NCBI GenBank assembly: GCA_964492015.1
Contig: CAZBIH010000002.1
Location: 1-36,982, forward strand
DNA from: an uncultured Planctomycetia bacterium
GTDB taxonomy: Bacteria; Omnitrophota; Gorgyraeia; 2-02-FULL-51-18
DNA: 36,982 nucleotides
Direction: 5' to 3'
Shown here: one piece after another, positions 12,201 through 24,200 of the stretch
Numbering within the stretch: position 1 is the first letter of the stretch
How the letters are laid out: the number at the start of each line of letters is the position of its first letter
Translations under genes and position numbers: made by a program
The notes under the pieces: generated by a model
Databases searched by the model: none
What the model was told of the DNA's origin: nothing
What the model saw: only the letters and a program-made list of their open reading frames with translations

Positions 12201-15200
12201 TAGTGATAGGCCTCTTGCCGGATGATCTTGGATTCTCCCGTGGAATACTCCTTGTCGCGGCCCAAGACCCTGCGGGCGATCTGGATCAAGTCCATGAAAT
12301 CAAGGCCTGGGTCTTCTTTGAATTTTATCCTCGTGAGGGAATCATACAGGTCCCACAGATATCTCTCGGTGTCCTCGGAGATACCCACTCTCAGGTGAAG
12401 ATAGCCGGCGATTTCGGAATAATTTTTAAATTTATCGGAGGATGTTGAAACGCTAACCGGCAAATCATTTTCCTGATCGTCATCGCCCTTGGATGCGGCT
12501 GATCTTTTATCTATTTTAGATTTCGCTCCGGATTGAACGTAATCCGAGATCATTTTTGAGGTAGTTTCTCCGATAAGCATTCTTTTGTTAAGGACCTCGG
12601 AAAGTTTTTCATAGGGCACCTGGCTTATTTGGTCCGCGGTCAAGGTTGGTTGCATTTCAAGGATGCTGGCTTCAATTACCTTTTTAATGGAGCGAGCCAG
12701 GATCAGCATATGCTCAGTGTCCATGCCCTGCATCCGCAGCCGACGCACGACAGCCAAAGTTTCCTGCTGATAAAGCCCTGCCTTTTTAGAGACATAAGAG
12801 GCGATACGCTCGATCGTCTCTTCCTCGATCGACGGGATCCCCACATACTGCACCAGCGGCCGGTTCATGAAAGAGTCATCCTGGATCGTGTGATCGCGGT
12901 GCATCGTGAACACAAACTGCAAATTGGGCGGCAGCACCACCGTCTCTCCGCGGTCAGGCACTTCTACTCTCTTTTCCCACAACACCGGATTGAGCTGGAC
13001 ACGCACGCGGCCCGGGAGCGCTTCCACGTTGTCCATGATGAACGTGTAGCGATTCTCGGGGTCCGCGGCGGCCGCATGGGCCATCTTCACCAATAGACCG
13101 TCCTGCCATTCCATCAGATCTTTCCACCGGTCAGGCTCCTTTAGATAAGTCGCGATCGCCATTTTCAGAACGCGGTCTTTCTGAAGCTCCGGATCAGTTG
13201 ACCAGGCTTGGTAATATTCTTCTACCTCACTATCTTCTAAAGCGAGGATCACTTTAAGCGCTTCGCGGATCCCGTCGACATTGACGAGCCTGGCATTGAT
13301 CAGGCGATGATTCACTTCCTGCGCTTCCATCACCGGCTTGGGCATGTACATTCCAAAGAGTTCTCGTCGCCTTGAAAATCCGCTGGCTGAAAGCCGCACA
13401 GTTTTTCCATCCTGTTTATCGATACGCTCAAGCACAGTTTCAACCACGGGAGAATTCTCAGAGTCCACCATAAGAAGTAGCGGCCTTGACACCTGCGCGG
13501 CACGCTCGATCATCGCTTCGATCGAGACCTCTAGGGGTACTTCTTCTCCTGCGGGGGAACGATCCAAGTGCTCATAGTCTCCATACGCGATGATCTGCTC
13601 GATGCGACGATTCAGATCGCCGCGCAAGGAAACTGAATGCATCAGCGCTTTACCGAACAGTGCCCGATACTCCGGAGACTGAAACATATCTGAAAGGACC
13701 TTTTCAAATTCTTTGCGGGCCTCCGGTGTCGCGATCACACGGCCGTAAATATTGAACGCGGTCAAAATAAAGAGCTCGAGTACATTCTGGAATCCTTCCT
13801 GACGCAGATAATATTGGCTAAAATCCACGTTGAAGCGCACAAGCTCTCGAAACGTGACCGGATGATCTCCGCCGACAGGATAGCGCTTGACCAGATCCAG
13901 CATCTTGCGATTTAGATCAATGCTCAGCCCAATAACCTCTTCCTGCTCGGAGCGAGTGAGCGTCAGGCGCTTGCCGGTAAAATATTCGGCGACATAGTGC
14001 TCCACTAGCTCCGCATACGGAGAATCCGGGGCCCCGCCTTTTAAGATCTCAAAAAATGAGGCGAAGAAAAGCCCGCGAGCAGCGGGCCCGGCTTCAAGCT
14101 TCATATTCAAATACAAATAAGCCGCGAATTCTTCCTGCATGAAGTTGTCCTTGGTCACCAATTTCTTAAGCTCCGCCAGATTCTGCGTCGGAAGTTTCTT
14201 GCGTATCGCGTCAGGAATAAAACTCAAAAGCGCCTGCTCATACGTGAGCGTGATCCCATGCGCCGCTAAAAATTTGATCACAGAATCCAACGGGGAATCG
14301 GAAGCGAGACGAGCTCCCTCCCAAGCTTTTTTAGCCTCGCCAGCCAGCCATTCTTCGGTTCTTTCATAGATCTCTTTGTCTTTAAATCGATCATGGATCA
14401 ACACCATAGCTTCTTTCAATTCCTGGACTACACGCCATGTCAGTTTCCCGGCGCGGCTCATCGCGATCGCGTATTCAAGATAAGACTGAATGGGTGTGAT
14501 AATTCCACCCAGAGATTTCACTCTCTCCGGGTCCGTGTTATTTTCGATGAGAAACAAAAGTTCCTTGTCCAAAGCATAGGACGGCAACTCGCCTTTTTTG
14601 ACCGAGCGCGACATCGTGAGCATCACTCCGAGTTCTCGTGATGCAAAATGATTGAATCGCGCGTACATCGCGCTCAAAAAATTATTCTCCAAATACGGCG
14701 CTTCGAGCTTTTCTTTTTGTACAGTCTCGTACAACTGCGTCAGGTAAGATAGAAGCTGTCCATAAGGAGCGGCTTCCTTAAGAACTGCTCTCGTCCGACT
14801 CGCCACTTCACCCAGAAGCTGCCTCAAGCCCTCAGGATACACTTCAAATTGCGAGGCAATCTCATCGGGTGAAGCTTGCACAAGGTCCTTCTCAAACCAA
14901 TCCCGAACAATCTGGATAAAACCAAGACGCGTATCCATCAGTCGCGAATGCGGGGTCTGATTCTCGGTGGCCAGCAAAAATTCGTTCACCAACGGAAAGA
15001 TTCCCGGATGATGAACGGCTTCGGCCAGGAGAGCTTCGATAAAAACAGAGTAGCCTTTTTCATAAAAATGGTTGATCGAGGCGTAACCGACGTCCAAATA
15101 TTTTATCAATGCGGCCGCGATCTCGGGCTCTCTCCATCCAGAAAGAAGAGCCAGAGCCGCATTTTGCCTGATCACAAAAATTTCATCGGCAGGGGTCACT

Positions 15201-18200
15201 CTACCATTGTCGGCAAGTTCCTTAAGAACGACCAACGCGAGCTCCCTGTCCATGGACCGCTTGGGATGAACCTTCAAAAACTCGACAACCTCTTTACGCA
15301 AGAAAAGCGAAGAATGTTCCAAATACTTGACTGCAAATTTTTCATGGCCCGCCACCACATAACCCATCGGGTATTGGCCGCTCTTCAAATAAAAAACAAA
15401 CCTCGCCTCGGGAAGAACCCCGGAATCTTTTTGGAGAACAAACCCGGAAACCAGCTTTTCTGCCAATGGCAGGGAAGAGACTGAAAAAGGCCTCTCATCT
15501 ATTGAAGCGTTCGCAGCGGCCAGGTATAATTCGGAAGCAAATTTTGCGGCGCCATCCACTTTGACTGCCTCGATCACCTGACGGTCAAGCATCAAGAAAT
15601 AAAACCGGGCCTCAGGATCGTGGCGCTGACTCAAGATCTCTTTTGCCGCCATACTCTCATCACGGTCTTTCAGCTCAGCCATGGTTTTCTTAAATAACTC
15701 CAAAGGCGGCATCCTCCAAAGCTCCCTATTTTGGAGATACCCGATCACCCCGCGATAAGACGACACAAACGGCGTTCCCAGCATCTGTTTCCACCAACGG
15801 AAAAAAAACTTCACCTTCCACCACCACGAAATTTTCACAGGCTCTTGATCTCCTCTATCCTCTTCTCTCTCTCCTCTATCCTGACTTAATCTCGCCCCCT
15901 TCGGATACGCCAATTCATGAAAATACTCCACCGTCCACGAAAAACGCTTTTCCGCGGGAACATGAGCGGAGAGAACATGAAGCTCTTCCACGAGTCCCAG
16001 GATCCGGTTTTCGTTGAGTAAGCCATCCGCTTCCAGAAAAACAATATAAGCGCGAAAATGATTATAAATATCCTTGAGTCCGCTTTTTACTTTGTCGGGC
16101 TTGAGAAAAATCAGGCCCATCAGGGTATTTTCGCGGATCATTTGCATAATTCTTGGATCGACCACATAAGCCGGTGTCTGCTCCAGCTTCACTTCCTGGA
16201 TCAGGCTGTGGCTGAACTCAAAGTTTTTGATCCAATTCGTCACTTCATTTATTTCGTCAAGCGTCACTTCCGCGCGGCGCTTGGGATCCCTGAAATACGC
16301 GTCTAAAAAATCTCGAACAAATTGATCGGAGCCATGCTGTCTCAAGATCTCCACAAAATGCATCGCCCGAACCAGAGCCTCTTCGATCCGGAAAGTGCCC
16401 TTGGCAGCCAGTGCCTGCTGTTCGATAAAAAAAGCAATCATCACATCTTTTAATTCCGGAGAATAATATTTAAAGTATTCCTGGATCTGTCCGGCTTGGG
16501 CAGCGATAAAAAGCTTGCTCGCATTTTTAAACCCAGCCCACACCTGGCTGTCTTTGGCAATAGGGATGTCCAAGGTAAAGTATTGGGATTTGTACAGGAA
16601 TAACATAAAAAGAGGCATGAGACCCGTGTCTTCAGGTAGACGTTTGCCCACACGAATCACAAAATCCTTAAGAAGCTGGACACCCGTTATATCCATATTC
16701 CCAATGAAAGGCGCCTGTGTCTCCACAAATTCACGCAAGATCTCTAAACTGTCTTTCTCGGAACTATCCGCAAATCTGAGAGCAGCCTCAACTCTCAAAA
16801 TATCAGATACCTCGGTTTTTTTCATCGCCAGGATCTTTTGCGCAGTGGTCTTATCCATTCGCTCCATCAGATACGCAAACACGACTTCGCTATGATAACC
16901 ATCGGACTTGATGTAGCGCAAAGCCAGATCACCCGCATTAGGAATCCTGTCCGACCTGTCATAATCCTTCTGCATCACAAAATAGGCAAATTTCACCCCA
17001 TCTCCGATTGTTTTGGGCCGTTTTTTGATCACGCGGCCCATCACAGACATTGCTCCATTAAGGATTTTTCTGGAAGGAATAGGTTTTTGAGACAGAAGAG
17101 ACCATGCCAGACGCTCTATTTTTGGGATACGAGCGGCTCTGCGATAGCCCCCGGCTAAAATATCCCGGTAAAAAACGGCGGCCGGCCCTTCCCTCAGATC
17201 GAGCTCCATCCTCAAGGCGATCACGATCGCTTTTTCTTGATCTTCTTTGTTGGACAACGCAATATGCTCCGCCAAATAACGCGTGGACTGCGTCCGAAGC
17301 TTACCACTCTCCACCAAAAAAACCGCCGGCTTAAAATCCAACCGGTAAAAATCGATCAGCCCGTGCTTGGACCCAAACGCGACCGGCAGGAGCCTCCACG
17401 CCCACAGGGTCTTCTCCCAACGGCTCATCGGATAAAAATCCACCTCGCTTTTTCCATTTTCAATTTTCAATTTTCCATCCGTTATATCTTTTTGATTTTC
17501 TCTTCCCTCTAACCTCTCTCCTCTATCCCGACTTAATCTCGCCCCCGCCCTCTCATCCAAATATTTTTTCAAAAACTCCAACGCTTTCAGATTGCGATAT
17601 TCGATCGAAGGACGTGGGGTTCTTTGTTTAAGCACAGAGTGAAGTACGGTGAACTGCTCCAAAAGATCGAGTATGAGCAGTTCATTCACCTGATCGGAAT
17701 GATGAGCTCCAAAATTTGCGAGAGCTTCAAATGCCTCATCCGCATGCCCGCCGGTGAATCCGATCACTTTTTCCAAAAAGCGGGTGCCTCGTATGCCTGG
17801 ATACCGGGAATCCGGAAACACATAAGCGTCAAGGCTCGACAGAAACCCGAAAGTGTGTGCTGTCGTCAGAGGCGCCTGATTCCAGATCCGCTTTAAAAAT
17901 CCATACCCAAAGACAGGTGCTCGCAAAACAACGGAGTGAATCTGGGCATGCGACCCGAAATAGCCGCTCAAATCTTTTTTGACACGCTTATGAAACCAAT
18001 AAACCAGGGCTTGGGCCTGTGATCTTGATATTTTGGCTTTTTGTGTGGCAGCCCCCATTTCATAACCAACTTCCGAATCGGTAAGACCACCGACACGGAT
18101 CGCCATCGAGATCATATCCAATGCCCGGGAATAAGCGGGAACATCGGGATTGTTCTTCTTGCCCGAAACCGCCCCCTTCTGCCGCGTCAGTTTGAGGAAT

Positions 18201-21200
18201 GCCTTGAGCGACTGGGGCTTTTCAAGAAGATCTTTTTTACGGTCGAGCCACAGCGTCATCGCGGCCGGGCCTGGATCTTTGAGGATCTTTTTAAGATACG
18301 AAGCTGAGCCTGGAAGAATAAATTCCATCCTGAAGATCAGCGGCAGATACACCACCAGGAAATGCGTTCCCAGTACCTGCACTTCCGGCTCCATACGTTG
18401 GTTGACGCGATGCCACTCCCGGCGCAGAGCCCAAATAGCCTCGGCGGATCTGCGGACATCCTCAGCGCTTCGATCCCATCCGTCATCGGGCAATTGCAGT
18501 ACCTCGAGAACATAGGTGAGGTTCTGGTTGGTTGGTCCGACACTTTTACCCCATTGGACAAAAGCCTGCCAAACCACTTCTTCTTTAGTGCCATGGATCC
18601 TCTTCAAGGCCCAAAGCGACTGGGCTAAGTGGATTTTGTCAGTCATAAATGAACTTAGCTCTTGTAGGTCTTTCCATCTCCAGGCAGCCTCGGCCGGTGT
18701 CCAACCCAGAAGATGCGTGACCGCGTCGTGTTGAGGATTTTGGGGATCAAAATCCTGTCCTTGAATTCCTTCAAGAAGTCTCTGGGCGTAGGGTTGGGCC
18801 GCACCATGCGCCAGAGCGAGGGCCATTTTGTTCCACATACGTCCTTTATTTCTTATGCCTGAAAATATGCCCAGAGCCGGAAGACCAAAGCTCTCGACGA
18901 TCTTCGCAATCTCGTCATATTCCACGGGACTTACATGAAGGCGTGTCCGGCGTGGATCCCGGAGATGATCCAGCACCCGGACAAAAAATGGAACGGATCG
19001 AAGCTGTTGAATGTCGGTAAAATACCGGACCGCCGCCCGGCGAATGGTGGTATCGGGGTCTGTCCACACAACTCTCCTCAAGCGGGACGCTGTGCCGGAA
19101 TAGGTTTTTCCCGTTTTTCCGAGCGCTCGGATAATTGCTTCGCGGTACCGTGCGTCTCCCAATTTTCCAGGTTTAAGCCATTCATCAACGATCGAAACAA
19201 GGATTGGCGCGGCGTCCTTGGCTTGGTCGCCAAACTCCGCCAGGATCTCGGCGAAAATCTGCCGGTTCGGATTGGTTTTATCCGCCAAGTGATGGAGAAG
19301 ATGAGGAATCGCCTCGGGGCCGATCTTAACCAGCGCGTCGCGGGATTCCCGATAAGGATTGCTTCCTTGAGTAGTAGTAAAGCTGATGTCTTTCCTTCTT
19401 ACAACATTACAGAGTTCCCAAATGGCCTCTTGGGCAGCGGGTCCGATATTGCCCAATTCCATCGCCGCCGCGACCCGTTTTTCCCCATTAGGATCATTCA
19501 GTTGCACAATGAGCTGTCGAACATGTTCAGGACTGGAGTCTGCCAACCTCGCCCCTCGACTTTTTTCTAAAATAAACTCCACTATCAGGGCCTGAATACG
19601 CTTGTGAGCCAAGCCTTCCTTTTTAAAAGTTTTTTCCAGTAGAGTTAAATCCTCATTCAATGCAGCAATTTCATACTCACGAACAGGATGGTCCTTGGAA
19701 ATTTTCACCAACGCCTGAAAAGCCTGGTCGGTAAGTGTTCCGGAAAGGTCTAAAACTTTTTCCAAAAAGCGGGTGTCCTTGATCTCGCGAATACGGGTAT
19801 TCACTAACGCATAATCACCGAGTGATAAAAGATAGCCATAAATTTCATTTTTTTTCTTGCTGGACGGACCCTGAGAAGCTTCGATTTTTTTGAGAAAATT
19901 AGTACTGATCCAACCATAGGGCTCTTTGCCAGATACAACCAGGCGGCGATATAAATAATTCAGCCCATGCAAGGTCTCGCCAAATCCTATTAACGATCCC
20001 GAGCGGTAGACCGTCCTAACCATGTCAGGATCAAGAAGAGTTTTCTGTAATTTTTCAATTGGCGCCCTTCCAAATCGCCAGTATTTTTCGATGAAGGCTT
20101 CGTCCCTGATTCCGTCTAGATAAACTTCTAACTCCGAAAGTATTCCCGGCCAGCTATAGATGGGTGCCTTTTGGCGCATTCGATCATCTTTGATCAGCGC
20201 CTGAAATATCTCCCAAATAGCCTGTCTGTTTCTGACAGGCGCCACGTGATGCCTAAGCAGGCCGAAGAACCTGGTTTTGGACATCGTCAAGAGATCTTGG
20301 CCTCTTGACGTTTGGATCTCATGCTCACCCCAACTGCCATGTTCCACGGACGGAATCCACCACAAAAGATCTTTGCCCGACGCGTCCAGCTCTGACTCAT
20401 CGGATAAATGACGCATAAAATCCGCTTGGTCAAATCCCGGCAACCAATTATTACGTCTTTCCTCAGATTTATATCCGACCTTGAATCGACGCAGCAAACT
20501 TGCGATCTGTGTTTCTTCTTTCGAAGATCTCAGCGGTTTTAACAGCGCCGCTAAAAATAAATTTTCCACCGCAGATTCATCCCAGGCCAAATAAGTCCTT
20601 AAAACCTGTCTCACACGCAATTGCTTTCTCGCGGGAATCAAAAGTATCGCCGCAGCAGTCGCCCACTCATAGTCATTGTGCTCCATGGTCCGCTGAAGGG
20701 CATTCGCAAGAAAACCCACCTGGTCCCGGCTAAAGTAAGAATTATTAGAAAGCCTAGCCCCCTGCGGCAGCAATCCTTCCTCCAAATATTTCACCACCAT
20801 CCTCTGACGCTCGTCGGGTGTTTTCTCTGATAAATGCCTGGCGCTGCCGTCGATCATGTGGATCTCATCCAAAAGTTTCAGCGCTTTCTGTTCCGTCGCG
20901 CCGTCGGGACTGCTTTCCGCATACACGCCAAGCACCGCCAAAGCTTCTCCCGCATGAGCGCCGGCATACTTCATGATATTTCTCAAGAAACGCGTCCCTC
21001 GGAGATTGGGGTAAATCGAATTTTCAAATACCCACCGGTCCAAGAACGGGAGATTTTCAAAAGCCTTGTCCGCCGTGAGGGGGGATTGCATCACGATCCG
21101 GGTTAAAAACAGTGGATGAAGCACTGGCGAGTTTTGGCGCAGCCGAAGTACCAGTTCATTAATCGATTCCCTGAGGTAGAAATACACATGATCTTTGCCG

Positions 21201-24200
21201 CCACCATCCAAATACGGTACGCGCTTCTCGATTTCTGTTAGAAGTTGTCTGTTCGTGATGAGAACGTGTGCTTTTGACAGATACCTCGTCAACGCCTCAA
21301 GCGGATTCACGACATCCGGAGTCCGTGATCTGAACGAAATCCCGATGAGATCCTGCCAGTTCGAAAGAAGGTCTTTGAACTGCATAAAATCAGCTACGGA
21401 CTTGAGAGCATAAAAATTGTCTTTTTTTGCGATACCTACCTGATTGACTGCGATCAGAGGTATGAAGATGTGCCGGATCTCGGAGTCTTCGGACCAAACA
21501 TAATCTTGTAAAAAAGGCTGGAACACATCCGGATAAAGAAAAGGAACCCCAGCTTCTTCCCGCGTCTGGCCCAGATAGCCCAGAGCTGCCCTGAAAACCT
21601 GATCCGTTTCCGGATTCGACAGGACATGCTCGCGCCTGCCCTGCCGGGCGAGTTTGGAATCTAGGGTTAGGTAGGGGCCATTGGAGAGAGTCGCAGATTT
21701 GAAGTTTTTAACTACCCATTGAAAAACAACTTTGTACCACATCGAGCCATATTCACTCGGAACATGAGCCATCGCTCTTTTAAATTTTGTTACTTGATTC
21801 GGCGTTGTCAAAAAATTATTTATCTCCAGATCCATCGCCACACTATTTAATGCACGCTCAAAATAGTCTTTCCCCATCCAGCGGGGCCCCAAGACCATCG
21901 CAATAAAGGAGCTGTCCAGATTTGCCACACTGCTCTGCGGATCAAGAAAGTGTTCTCTAATCTCCTGGTAGACTCGCGCTTCCCCCAGATGCGGAATGAG
22001 CGCAAGAGCTGCCCGTTCCCTCGAGTCGGGACTCGCCGACGGCGTAAAAAACGCCAGCATTGTCCCCACTTCGCGGGAGTCCAGATATCCAAAGTCTTCT
22101 TTCTTTCCTCTTCCCTTTAACCTCTCCCCTTTATCCTGACTTAATCTCGCCCCCGTCCTCTTATCCAAATATTCTTTAATAAATTCCGCCGCCTTCAATT
22201 CACGGTATTCCCGGGATGCCGGAGGCGTTTTCAGGCTAAAGCCATAAGAGAGCACTGTCAATTCTTCCAAAATTTCCAATTCCAGATCTTCAGCAACTAG
22301 ATCGGGACGCAACCGAGCAAAATCCGCCAGCCTCAGAAGCGTGTCGCCCGCGTGGGAACCGGCCGCATCCATGATCTTCTGCAAAAAATGGAGGCCTTTG
22401 ATAAGCTTGTGCGGGGATTTCATCAAAACGTACCCGTTGAGCTCCGGCAATTTTTTAAAAACAGAATTAAACTGATTGGGAGCCTGCTGGCTGATATGAA
22501 AGGGGAATCTAAATTTTAAGACCGGCAAGTCCTGGCTCAATCCGACAACCGGGAGGTTTCGAAGATAATTGAAAATATAGGTTCGTATTTCCCGATCAAA
22601 ATCCCGGATCAGCTCAAGAGGAATGGCCGGCGCAAGAGATCCTTCTTTGATTTCTTTTTTTCTGTCTTCCAAATGCGCATAGACTACCCATGGGATCCCC
22701 ATGGAAAACATAAAAGAAGCACGGTCCAGCGCCCGGAAATAGGCCTCCGTATCCAGCGAAGCCCTGTTGCCGGGCAGATCCCTCACCCATCGCGTGAATT
22801 CCACGAATTCTTCAAAACCATCCGGATTTTTAAGAATTTCTTTTTTTCTTTGCAAAAATCGTATCAGCGACGCCGGCCCCGATGTTTTAAGAAGCCTTTT
22901 CATTGCTAAAGCTGATCCCGGAATCAAAAATTCGAGTTTAAACACCAGCGGTAAGTAGATGTTGTTGGAAAGCTCATCCAAGGGCCGGGCCTCCGGCTCT
23001 ACTTTTCCATAGACGCGTGCCCACTCGACGCTCAGGGAACGAATTGCCGCGGCCGATCTTTGGACTTCTTCGGGAGTCCGGTCCCATTTGCCGTCAAGCA
23101 TAAGAATTGCTGTAAGCACGGACAGGCCGTATGTAGGCGCCAGACTGTTGACCCATGTGGTATACGCCCGCCACGCATTGCTTTCTCCGGGACCGTATTG
23201 GCGCTTGAACTCCCAAAGTTTTTCCGCCACATATCGCTTGTCAACCGCATGGCGCGCCAACCGCTGCACGTAGGGCCACCGGCTCTCAAGCTCTTCGGTC
23301 GTCCAGCCAAAAAGATGAGTCAGCGCGTCGTGTTCTGGGTTCGACGCGTTAAAAGTCTCCTGATCGATCGTATTCATCAGAAGGGGTTCGGCTTGCGACA
23401 TCGCCGTCTCATGAGCCAGTGTGAGCATCGAGTCATCCCAATCCCATCCCTTTTGTCTCATGCGTGAAAATTCAGCCAGAGCGGAAATTCCTATGCTCTT
23501 GATGATTTGTTTATACGTCTCGGGATTCCTGTATAAGCCTCCTTGACGTTGTCGGACACTCTGCTTCAACATACGGACAAAAAATGGAACTGATTTAGGC
23601 CCTTGGAGTTGGGCAATCATCTGGGCTGCTACATCACGATTAGTTATATCGAGATCTGTCCACAGAACTTTTCTCATGCGAGAGAGAGTACCGGGATAAG
23701 TCTTTCCCGTTTTTCCAAGCGCTTTAATAATAGCTCCTCGATAGCCTGGCATACCTAATTTTCCCGGTTTGAGCCACTCATCTACTATTGAAACAAGGAT
23801 CGGCGCGGCATCCTTGGCCTCGTCACCAAATTCAGCGAGAGCGTCGGCGAAGGATTGCCGGTCCGGATTGGTTTGGTCCGCCAGATGAAAGAGAAGATGA
23901 GGGATCGCCGCAGGACCGATCTTAACCAGCGCGTCGCGGGCTTCCCGATAGAGAGCGCTTCCCTGAGTAGTAGCAAAGCTACTATCTCCCCTTCTTACAA
24001 CATTACAGAGTTCCCAAATAGCCTCTTGGGCAGCAGGTCCAATATTACCCAATTCTGTCGCCGCCGCGACCCGTTTATTCCCATTCGGATCATTCAATTG
24101 CGCAATAAGCTGTCGAACATGTTCAGGACTGGAATCCGCAAGCCTCGCCCCCTGCGGAACCGCCAACCCGCGCACATAATCCCCCATCCACTGAAAACGA

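Larger units (their letters stand above)
4568..14302 (-). other. module 16: midasin/dynein-like motor core (3,245 aa): N-terminal helical region, 6 AAA_5-like domains, HExxH region, K/R- and D/E-rich segment, vWA/MIDAS
   Basis: This is the only long stretch without an internal junction motif. It holds three intact P-loops, three degenerate AAA-like units, HELGH and DxSxS...T...D motifs (see sub-features). Ends with GARLS at 4568..4582. Confidence 0.7.

Noticed and set aside
4568-14302. Eukaryotic contamination (true midasin gene)
   Set aside because: There is continuous intron-free coding within a 36-kb bacterial-style ORF. The flanks have compact bacterial tRNA genes with encoded CCA, and a bacterial TA cassette with a sigma70-type promoter lies inside. 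The AAA units are also far more degenerate and spaced differently than I would expect for a eukaryotic Mdn1.
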